From Ignavibacteriota bacterium (GTDB lineage: Bacteria > Bacteroidota > Ignavibacteria > UBA10030 > UBA6906), in assembly GCA_963801355.1 (NCBI GenBank), contig CAWDEM010000008.1:1632001-1696000 (forward strand): 64,000 nt of DNA, given 5' to 3'. Position numbers and translations under genes: made by a program. A model generated the notes under the pieces. The model saw nothing but the letters and a program-made list of their open reading frames with translations. It was not told the DNA's origin and did not search any database. Of the stretch, positions 49,753 to 58,047 are shown one piece after another. The stretch's first letter is position 1. Each line of letters starts with the position of its first letter.

Positions 49753-52700
49753 CTATCCCCTGGCCATGACCTGCCCCAGCATGGCCAGTTCTTCTTTCAG
49801 AGCGTGGAGGTGGGGTGAACCTTCTCCGCTCCGGTTTTCCTTCCCGAGCAACTCCAGTTTTTCCGACTCGTTGACCATGCGCTGTGCACGCATACTCCCC
49901 GAGACACCTTTGAGGGCATGTGCCGATCGGCGCAGCGCCGCACTATCGGAGCGCATCACCGCCTGTTCAATCTCCTGCAGCAACGCCGGGACCGTCTCAA
50001 GAAACCTCGCCGACAGCAGTTGCACAAGATCCTCGTCGCCCATGCACTGTTCCAGCAATGCACTCCGGTCGAAGACCTGTGTCTCGATCCGGGTCATTGC
50101 GAGGCGCCCGATGACGGCAATCAGCTCCTTTGCATCGATCGGTTTTGTCACATAGGCGTCCATACCGGCGGCCAGACACTCTTTCCGGCAGTCCTGTGTC
50201 GCATGCGCGGTCATGGCGACGATCGGTGTACGGACACTTCGTTCCTGTTCGAGAGCACGAATAGCCGCCGTCGCCTCAAATCCATCCATCAGCGGCATCT
50301 GGATATCCATTAGCACGATGTCGAACGACTCGGCCATGTACGCATCCACCGCCTCCCGGCCATTGCGCGCGAGCATGACGGTATGCCCCATGCGTTCGAG
50401 GATTCCCTCTGCCACGAGCTGGTTCACCCGTTGATCTTCAGCAAGCAGAATATGCAACGGGTGTGACCCGCGCGGTATCAGACCGTCAGCCGTGACGCCG
50501 GTCTCGCTGAGCGACGGCTGAAGCCTTTCCCCCCCGCGGCGCAGGGCCGACAACAAGTCCGTTGAGAGTATGGGCTTTGTCAGAAACGATGTGACGCCGG
50601 CCTCGCGCAGCTTGTCGTCCACTCCATCCCGTGTAACTGCTGTCATCGCGACGACGGTAATATCGCGCAGTGAGGGAGTTGCACGCATGGCACCAACGCA
50701 CCCTGCCGCCCCGGGAAGTGAGGCATCAATCAGCAGGAGCGAGTAGGGCGAGCCTGATTCCGCCGCGCGACGCAACTCGGCCGGAACCGAATCCGCGTCC
50801 ATCGCTGCCTGCGTCTCCATTCGCCACGATATGAGCATACTGAGCACACTTCCGAGCGTCGTCGTGTTGGCACAGGCCACAAGTGCATGCCGTCCGTCAA
50901 GTGCGCCGCGCTCTGCCTCAAAGTCGTCTTCTTCCAACTGTGCGGGCACTTCGCACCGCACGGAGAAATGAAATGTACTCCCGACCCCCGGCGTGCTCGT
51001 CACCTCCAGCGCCCCTCCCATCAATCCCACAAGCTTCGAGGAAAGCGTCAGGCCCAGTCCGGTTCCGCCCAGCAGACGCGTGGCCGCAGTATCGGCCTGG
51101 GAAAAGGCCTGGAACAACGCGTGTTGCTGTTCCCGCGGGATCCCGATCCCGGTGTCACGGACTGCGCAATACAGCGTGACGCTGTCCGGAGCCCTGTTGA
51201 TGAGATCAACGGTGACCGCCACTTCACCGGTATTCGTGAATTTGATGGCGTTGTCGATGAGATTCGAGATAACCTGCATGAGGCGGCCGGGGTCACTCAC
51301 GACCATCGCGGGAATATCCTGGTCGATGTGACAGGTGAGTTCCAGACCCTTCTGCATGGCCGGAAGCGCGAACATGCGCACCGTCGCGCCGAGGGCGTCA
51401 CGCAATCGGAATGGGGCGCGATCAAGCTCCAGCCTGCCGGCCTCGATTCTCGAGAAGTCGAGAATGTCATTGAGAATGCGCAGGAGACTCTCGGCCGAAG
51501 TCCGGGCGGTCTGGAGATAGTTGTGTTGCTCGTTGGTCAACGATGTTCCAAGGACAAGATCCGTCATGCCGATGATGCCGTTCATCGGTGTGCGGATTTC
51601 GTAGCTCATGTTCGCCAGGAGCTTGCTCTTTGCTTTCGAGGCCGCTTCGGCCCGCAGCTTCGCCGCAGCCAGTTCCTCAGTCGTCCGTTTCAGATGCTCT
51701 TCCGCCCGCGCCCGGACTATCACCGCACTGATGCTCGCCGCCGCCGCGACAAGAATGGAAATCTCACTCTCCGTCCAGACCCGCTCCCGGGTGTATTCAT
51801 CCAGCTCGGCAAAACCCCAGAATGTGTCGTTCAGAAAAATGGGGACAACAAGGATGGAGGCTATCCCGCGCGGACGGAGAAAGGCCTGTTCGTTGTCGGG
51901 AAACGACTGCAGATTGCCCTGGATGGTTTCACCCCTGCGCAACACGTCGTGCCAGCGGACCAATAACGGCGCATAGGGAACATTTTGACGCGACGGATCG
52001 TCAGTCCGCGCCACCGCATCGCCGCTGAACCACTCGAAGCACTCGCTGAGAGCCGGCTCGCCTGTATCGTAGTGGGGATGGTTTTCGTAGACATGCACTC
52101 CGTCCACACCCGTCGCGCGCCCGATCAACCCCAACGCAGTGCCTATGCTCTCCCGGTAGTCCGGGCTTCGCAACAAAACGCTCATGGCCTCACCGACGGC
52201 GTCAAGAATGCAGTCCCGCTTCTCCAGTTCAAACTGGGCAACCTTTCGCTCGGTGATGTCATATCCCGTCCCGAGAACCGCCGGCGCGCCCTCGTGCTCA
52301 AACGCTCCGATGCTGAAATCCAGCCACCGGATATCTCCCGTTTTCGTGAGGATTCTGAACTCACAACGATCCCCCGCCGGGCTCCCTCCCAACCAGCCGT
52401 TGACTGCATCCCTCGCACACTTCCGGTCTTCCGGATGCACAATGTCTTCGATCGACATTGTGCAGAGTTCTTCGGATGAATACCCGGTAAGCTCAGCAGC
52501 CCGGCTATTCACAAAAAGAAATCTCCTCTGATCCAATACTGTGATCGATGCCGGTGTCGTGTTAATCAACGAACGCAGGTTGGTTTCACTTCGGTGCAGT
52601 GCCTGGGAGGCGGTTTGCAGAAGCCTGGCCTCACGTCTCCTTGTCCGGGCATTCTTCCAGAGCACGAAGGCCAGCGAGGCAAACAACATGACAATGACGA

Positions 52701-52776
52701 GCGCCATGACAGGCGCGACGCTCCAGAGAGCAATCAGGCCAAATGCTATAGACACAGACTGGAATTTGGAGAACAT
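49753..52776 (-). CDS. Membrane hybrid sensor (TM-PAS-GAF-HisKA*-HATPase-REC*-REC-Hpt) with His-to-Tyr H-box
   Basis: LANMSYEIRTPMN, NAIKFT, DTGIG, GGTGLGL; degenerate first REC; intact second REC (LAEDQ, LMDIQMP, TKP); Hpt AHALKGVSG. Confidence 0.9.
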   Translation of the reverse strand: MFSKFQSVSIAFGLIALWSVAPVMALVIVMLFASLAFVLWKNARTRRREARLLQTASQALHRSETNLRSLINTTPASITVLDQRRFLFVNSRAAELTGYSSEELCTMSIEDIVHPEDRKCARDAVNGWLGGSPAGDRCEFRILTKTGDIRWLDFSIGAFEHEGAPAVLGTGYDITERKVAQFELEKRDCILDAVGEAMSVLLRSPDYRESIGTALGLIGRATGVDGVHVYENHPHYDTGEPALSECFEWFSGDAVARTDDPSRQNVPYAPLLVRWHDVLRRGETIQGNLQSFPDNEQAFLRPRGIASILVVPIFLNDTFWGFAELDEYTRERVWTESEISILVAAAASISAVIVRARAEEHLKRTTEELAAAKLRAEAASKAKSKLLANMSYEIRTPMNGIIGMTDLVLGTSLTNEQHNYLQTARTSAESLLRILNDILDFSRIEAGRLELDRAPFRLRDALGATVRMFALPAMQKGLELTCHIDQDIPAMVVSDPGRLMQVISNLIDNAIKFTNTGEVAVTVDLINRAPDSVTLYCAVRDTGIGIPREQQHALFQAFSQADTAATRLLGGTGLGLTLSSKLVGLMGGALEVTSTPGVGSTFHFSVRCEVPAQLEEDDFEAERGALDGRHALVACANTTTLGSVLSMLISWRMETQAAMDADSVPAELRRAAESGSPYSLLLIDASLPGAAGCVGAMRATPSLRDITVVAMTAVTRDGVDDKLREAGVTSFLTKPILSTDLLSALRRGGERLQPSLSETGVTADGLIPRGSHPLHILLAEDQRVNQLVAEGILERMGHTVMLARNGREAVDAYMAESFDIVLMDIQMPLMDGFEATAAIRALEQERSVRTPIVAMTAHATQDCRKECLAAGMDAYVTKPIDAKELIAVIGRLAMTRIETQVFDRSALLEQCMGDEDLVQLLSARFLETVPALLQEIEQAVMRSDSAALRRSAHALKGVSGSMRAQRMVNESEKLELLGKENRSGEGSPHLHALKEELAMLGQVMARG

Positions 52777-53103
52777 GCTCGACCGGATAGCTATTGACAA
52801 AAAAAGCCTCGAAATCCATGCCAGTTTAATACCTATAGAAAATATGGCTTATCCGTGCCGAATTTCATATGTCATGGTTGGATTGCGCCATGTGGCGAAT
52901 AATAGCCACAACCGTTTTCCCTCTCAAAAACGCGACCAACATGACAACCGTCTCGCCGGCACGCATCCTGAAGGAACCACTCCCGCGTTGGACGAAATCC
53001 ATTCGCCATAAAGCAGCCTTTTCGATACCCTCGTGGACGAGCTAATCATCACACTCGTGGATGAGCTCGTCACCGTTGTGTCACCCATCCTCAAGGAGGT
53101 ACC

Positions 53104-54570
53104 ATGCAAAATTGTACAAAGTCACCCGGGTTCTTTTTGTTGCTCGTTGCAGCCCTCCTTCTCATGCCGGAATTCACGCCTGCCAATGAGACGAAAATCC
53201 CCGTCTCAACATCTTCTCCCGAAGCACGCGAACTGTTTTTGAAAGGGAGGGAACTCGTTGACAACCTGCGCCTCACCGATGCGAATCCGTTCTTTCGGAA
53301 AGCGCTGGCACTTGACTCCGGATTTGCTCTCGGGTACCTCTATCTTGCCCAGACCGCGGGCACAGCGAAGGAGTTCTTTGCCGACCTGGAGAAAGCTGCA
53401 AGCCACGCTGATAAAGTCACTGAAGCGGAGAAGCTCTGGATACTCGGCGTCCGCGCCGGGGCGTATGGCGATGTCAGGACACAGCGGACGAATTTTTCAC
53501 GACTCCTCGAGCTGTTCCCCGGTGATGAGCGCGCCCATATGCTCCTGGGTGTCTCTCACTTCGGGGTCCAGGAGTATGACGAGGCTGCACAACTGCTGCA
53601 GCGCGCGACGGAGATCTCCCCGACGTTTGCCCCCGCATACAACCAGCTCGGTTATGCCTATCGATTTCTCGGCTGGATGGAAAAGGCAGAAACCGTATTC
53701 AAGAAATACACCGAACTCATTCCTGACGACCCCAACCCCTACGATTCGTACGCCGAACTTCTGCTCAAGATAGGCCGGTTCAAGGATGCCATTGCACAGT
53801 ACGAAAAGGCGCTTGCTATCAACAATCATTTTGCCAATTCATACGCCGGCATTGCCTCAGCGCTAACCTACCAGGGGAAACATGCCGACGCCCTGGTGAC
53901 GCTGGGCAAAGCCTTATCTCTTGCCCGCAACGACGGCGAAAGACGAGCCGCGCTCTTTGCCCGGACAGTAGTCTATGCCGACAGGGGTGATCTCGTGCTC
54001 GCACTGAAGGAGATGGAGAAGCAGTATGCTCTCGGAAAAGTGACGGGCGATGTTGCTGCAATGGCGGCGGACCTGGTGTTTATGGGGAACATCCTCCTCG
54101 AGAAAGGAGACGCCGACGCCGCTCTTGAGAATTTCGAAAAGGCCAACGCAATGGTCCAGGCATCGGCGCTCGCAACGGCCATAAAGAACAACAACTCACT
54201 CTTCCATGCCTACAACGCTGCACGGACCGCCATTGCAAAGCACGATCTCACGACGGCCCGGACCCAGACTGACCGATTGCGCGAAGCAGTGAGTCTGAAC
54301 AAGAATCAGAATCAAATCCGTCTCGTTCACGAACTCGCCGGTATGATCGCTTTTGAGGAAAAGAGGTATGACGACGCAGTGACAGAATTACGGCAGGCCA
54401 ACCTGCAGAATCCCTACAATCTGTACCGCCTTGCCCTGGCCTGCGAATCCCGGGGAGACGTGGAAGCTGGCGCAACCACATTGCGACAGGCGGCCCGGTT
54501 CAACAGCCTTCCGGCGCTGAACTACGCTTTCATCCGCGCAAAAGCGGAGCAGAAGCTTGCAAAGATGTGA
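53104..54570 (+). CDS. Secreted tetratricopeptide-repeat protein
   Basis: AGGAGGT SD, signal peptide, multiple TPRs (ALALDSGFALGY, AYNQLGYAY, NPYDSYAE). Confidence 0.85.
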   Translation: MQNCTKSPGFFLLLVAALLLMPEFTPANETKIPVSTSSPEARELFLKGRELVDNLRLTDANPFFRKALALDSGFALGYLYLAQTAGTAKEFFADLEKAASHADKVTEAEKLWILGVRAGAYGDVRTQRTNFSRLLELFPGDERAHMLLGVSHFGVQEYDEAAQLLQRATEISPTFAPAYNQLGYAYRFLGWMEKAETVFKKYTELIPDDPNPYDSYAELLLKIGRFKDAIAQYEKALAINNHFANSYAGIASALTYQGKHADALVTLGKALSLARNDGERRAALFARTVVYADRGDLVLALKEMEKQYALGKVTGDVAAMAADLVFMGNILLEKGDADAALENFEKANAMVQASALATAIKNNNSLFHAYNAARTAIAKHDLTTARTQTDRLREAVSLNKNQNQIRLVHELAGMIAFEEKRYDDAVTELRQANLQNPYNLYRLALACESRGDVEAGATTLRQAARFNSLPALNYAFIRAKAEQKLAKM

Positions 54571-54596
54571 CGTCGCGGGATAAGAGCTTCAGGGAG

Positions 54597-54634
54597 AAAA
54601 AAAGCACGGGCCGGCTTGAATATCCGGCTCGTGC
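54597..54634 (-). terminator. Intrinsic terminator after fba (possibly bidirectional)
   Basis: GCACGGGCCGG/CCGGCTCGTGC stem followed by a 7-T run on the minus strand, between convergent genes. Confidence 0.75.
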
Positions 54635-54653
54635 CGTTGGTATACGGAACCGA

Positions 54654-55604
54654 TTACGAGAGGGCTGTACGCACAGCCGGGAGACGCCCGGCAGACCCAA
54701 GCTTCTGGGATTTGTGCACTATGAAAGCGGCGTATTCCTTAACAAAGACCTCACCCGGTTTGCGGAAGTCAAAGTTCTCGGGTGTATCGCGGAAATTTTC
54801 GCGATGCACGCGGGTCCAGACCAGCCGTCCATCCGTGTCGATGTTCACCTTTGTCACGCCAAGGGATGCCGCGCGAACAAACTCATTTTCATCAACGCCG
54901 CACGCCGATGGATCGAGTTTCCCTCCCGCCGCATTGATGCGACGCACTTCCTCCGCAGGAACCGAACTCGAGCCGTGCATGACCAACGGCACACCGGGCA
55001 GGAGCTTTTGTATTCCCTCGATGACATCAAAATGCAGTGACTGGTGCCCCTTGAACTTGTAGGCTCCGTGGCTTGTGCCGATCGCAACGGCGAGGCTGTC
55101 GCAACCCGATTTCTTCACAAACTCCGTCGCCTCATTGGGATTTGTGAGTCGGGCATTCTTTTCATCGACCTTAATATCTTCCTCTACGCCGCCCAACTGA
55201 CCGAGCTCGGCTTCCACCGAGATGCCGCGGGCATGCGCGCGGTCGACAACTCGCCGGGTTGTCGCGATATTCCCCTCGAAGGGTTCGTGAGATGCATCGA
55301 TCATGACGGAGGAATAGAAACCCGATTCGATGCAGTCATAACAGGTCTTTTCGTCACCATGATCGAGGTGCACGGCAAAAATAGCGTCCGGAAACATCTT
55401 CTCGGCAGCCCGTATGATTGCCTCGATCATCGGGATGCCGGCGTACTTCCGTGACCCTTTCGAAATCTGGACAATGAATGGCGCCTGGGCATCCAGGTGT
55501 CCCTGGAAAAGGCCAAGCGACTGCTCCATATTATTGATATTGTATGCACCGACAGCGTATTTGCCGTAGGCGAGTTTGAACAAGGCGGATGTGGTGACAA
55601 TCAT
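54654..55604 (-). CDS. fba: Class II fructose-bisphosphate aldolase
   Basis: YAVGAYNINN.E, HLDHG, SSVMIDAS, VEAELG, LAVAIGTSHGAYKF, LVMHGSS, KVNIDTD.R. Confidence 0.95.
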   Translation of the reverse strand: MIVTTSALFKLAYGKYAVGAYNINNMEQSLGLFQGHLDAQAPFIVQISKGSRKYAGIPMIEAIIRAAEKMFPDAIFAVHLDHGDEKTCYDCIESGFYSSVMIDASHEPFEGNIATTRRVVDRAHARGISVEAELGQLGGVEEDIKVDEKNARLTNPNEATEFVKKSGCDSLAVAIGTSHGAYKFKGHQSLHFDVIEGIQKLLPGVPLVMHGSSSVPAEEVRRINAAGGKLDPSACGVDENEFVRAASLGVTKVNIDTDGRLVWTRVHRENFRDTPENFDFRKPGEVFVKEYAAFIVHKSQKLGSAGRLPAVRTALS

Positions 55605-55696
55605 GTGCTATAGCTCCCGTGAAAAATGTGCGCGATGTGATCTGATTGGGGGAATACTCTATAGCAAAATGTACCATGATTGTGCCCCATTGTCAA

Positions 55697-57955
55697 TCAT
55701 GGGCGTGTAACCTCAAATCTTCCCTCCAGCCCTTCAGCGGCATTGGGCCCGACGTAGACCGTGAACATGCCGGGTTCCACACGACGCTTGCTGTCAGTTC
55801 CGGTGAAGGCAAGGTCTGCTACCGGCAAAGCCAATGACACCCTCGCCAGCTGACCGGACTCAAGATGAATGCGTTTGTATGCCTTGAGCTCCCGCACCGG
55901 CCTCGTGACACTCCCGACTTCATCGCGCACATACAGTTGGACAACTTCATCCGATGCCCTCGTCCCGGTGTTCTTGAGCGAGACCTGCACTGCAACTGTA
56001 TCCGTGGCTTTGACTCTCGGCGTGACGACGGTGAGGTCGGAATAGGCAAACGAAGTATACGTCAAACCGAAACCAAACGGGTAGAGCGGCGAGGATGGCA
56101 CATCAAGGTAACGAGAAGTGAAGTGGACACTATCGTTTGCCGGCCGACCCGTGTTCTTGTGATTGTAGTAGATGGGAACCTGTCCGGTTACACGCGGGAA
56201 ACTCGCCGGAAGCCTGCCCGAGGGAGCGTAAGAACCAAAGAGGACGTCGGCTATCGCGTGGCCGGTCTCATGACCCAGGAACCAGGCTTCGAGGATTGCC
56301 GGCACATGGCCCGCCTCCCAACTGATCGCAAGTGGACGGCCATTCATTAGCACGAGGACCACGGGCTTGCCTGCTGCAACGATAGCGCGGATGAGATCAC
56401 CTTGTCGACCCGGGAGTTCAAGAGATGACCGGCAAGAGGCTTCGCCGCTCATGCCCCTCGACTCCCCTGCGGCAAGGAGAACAATCTCTGCCTGCCGGGC
56501 AACTGCAACGGCTTCCGCAATGCCGGTCGTGTCTGATCCATCGATCTCACATCCCCGGGCGAAGAGTATCCTGGCGGCGGGAACAGCTTCACGAACCCCC
56601 TCGAGCAGTGTGACAACGTTGTTCGTGTCTGTAGGACCGGCCCACGGACCCACCGGATCAGCGCGATTGTGAGCGAGCGGACCGATAACAGCAAGCGTCT
56701 TGATCGTGCGTTCGAGCGGAAGCATGCCTCCTTCATTCTTGAGAAGGACAATGGCTTTCCGTGCAACGGATCGTGCGGCCTCTACGTTCCCGGCACTTCT
56801 CAGCGCCGCTGTTTCACGTTCCGGAGTGGAGGCGCGATAGGGATCGGTGAACAGGCCAAGCCGGTATTTCATGCGGAGCACCCGCCGCACTGACGCGTCC
56901 AGGGTTGCCAGGCTGACCCTCCCCTGTTCCACAAGAGACTGGAGGTGATTGCGGTAGCAACGTGACTCCATGTCCATGTCGACGCCGGCATTGATTGCCT
57001 GTTCGGCCGCTTCCGCCGGTGTCGCGGCGGTACCATGCTGCACCAACTCCCCGATGGAATTCCAATCGCTCACGACGAAGCCATCGAACTTCCACTCGTC
57101 GCGCAGTATCGTGGTCAGGAGAAGACGGTTTGCGGAACTCGGCACCCCGGCGATTTCGTTGAATGACGCCATGAACGTCCCCACGCCGGCGTCCAGTGCT
57201 GCTTTAAAGGGCGGGAGGTAGACATCCCTGAGCGTCATCGCCGAAATATCCACGGTGTTGTAGTCCCTTCCCCCCTCCGCTCCGCCATAGGCCGCATAGT
57301 GTTTGGCGCAGGCCAGGACGGTGGCGGGGTCGGTAAGGTCCCGTCCTTGAAAACCGCGCACCCGTGCAGCAGCCATCACCGATCCGAGATACGGATCCTC
57401 ACCCGATCCTTCGGCAATGCGTCCCCAGCGGGGATCACGGGCAATATCCACCATGGGCGCAAACGTCCAATGTATACCGGAGGAGGACGCCTCGGCAGCA
57501 CTGACCCGCGCGGAGAGTTCCGCTGCACCGGCATCCCAGGTAGCTGCCTCCGCAAGGGGGATCGGAAACGTTGTCTTGAAACCGTGAATCACATCAAGAC
57601 CGAAGATCAGGGGAATCCGCGCCCGGGATTCCTCCACAGCAATTCGCTGCAGATCGCGGGTCACCGTGCTGCCATACACGTTGAGCAGTGACCCGACCAT
57701 CCCCGCCTTGATAAATGTTCTTTGCTCCTGGTTGATGCTCCTGCCCGTGGGCCCAGTGCTCCCCCCTCCCGTGTACTGCACGAGTTGCCCTATCTTTTCC
57801 TGCAACGTCAGACCGGCAAGGATGGAGTCAACCGCACGCCCCATGCCCGCCGCAAGTGCGGACTGATTGCTCTCCGGTCTCTGTGCAGATGTGCAGTTGG
57901 TGGAAAGGATTACGCAGGCAGCGCACATCACAACACACAGGGATTGTCTCATCAT
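55697..57955 (-). CDS. bglX: Periplasmic GH3 beta-glucosidase (BglX-like)
   Basis: DVIHG, FAPMVDIARDPRWGR..EG.GEDP, KHYAAYG, nucleophile VVSDW, SGEAS, YPFGFGLTYT, Fn3-like tail. Confidence 0.9.
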   Translation of the reverse strand: MMRQSLCVVMCAACVILSTNCTSAQRPESNQSALAAGMGRAVDSILAGLTLQEKIGQLVQYTGGGSTGPTGRSINQEQRTFIKAGMVGSLLNVYGSTVTRDLQRIAVEESRARIPLIFGLDVIHGFKTTFPIPLAEAATWDAGAAELSARVSAAEASSSGIHWTFAPMVDIARDPRWGRIAEGSGEDPYLGSVMAAARVRGFQGRDLTDPATVLACAKHYAAYGGAEGGRDYNTVDISAMTLRDVYLPPFKAALDAGVGTFMASFNEIAGVPSSANRLLLTTILRDEWKFDGFVVSDWNSIGELVQHGTAATPAEAAEQAINAGVDMDMESRCYRNHLQSLVEQGRVSLATLDASVRRVLRMKYRLGLFTDPYRASTPERETAALRSAGNVEAARSVARKAIVLLKNEGGMLPLERTIKTLAVIGPLAHNRADPVGPWAGPTDTNNVVTLLEGVREAVPAARILFARGCEIDGSDTTGIAEAVAVARQAEIVLLAAGESRGMSGEASCRSSLELPGRQGDLIRAIVAAGKPVVLVLMNGRPLAISWEAGHVPAILEAWFLGHETGHAIADVLFGSYAPSGRLPASFPRVTGQVPIYYNHKNTGRPANDSVHFTSRYLDVPSSPLYPFGFGLTYTSFAYSDLTVVTPRVKATDTVAVQVSLKNTGTRASDEVVQLYVRDEVGSVTRPVRELKAYKRIHLESGQLARVSLALPVADLAFTGTDSKRRVEPGMFTVYVGPNAAEGLEGRFEVTRP

Positions 57956-57974
57956 GTTCACCTTTCGAATGTAC

Positions 57975-58047
57975 AGGGTCAGACCCGACCCACCTGTCAA
58001 TAGTCAATGGACGAATGACAATCATCAATCGGTTGGGGTCTGACCCT
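57975..58047. repeat. Inverted pair of GGGTCWGACCC palindromes enclosing heptamer repeats
   Basis: AGGGTCAGACCC (57975) ... GGGTCTGACCCT (58036-58047); inner TGTCAAT AGTCAAT GGACGAA TGACAAT CATCAAT. Confidence 0.6.

Noticed and set aside
52924-53242. Small ORFs 52924..53109(-) and 53033..53242(+)
   Set aside because: No recognisable motif; they overlap the TPR gene start or its regulatory repeat.
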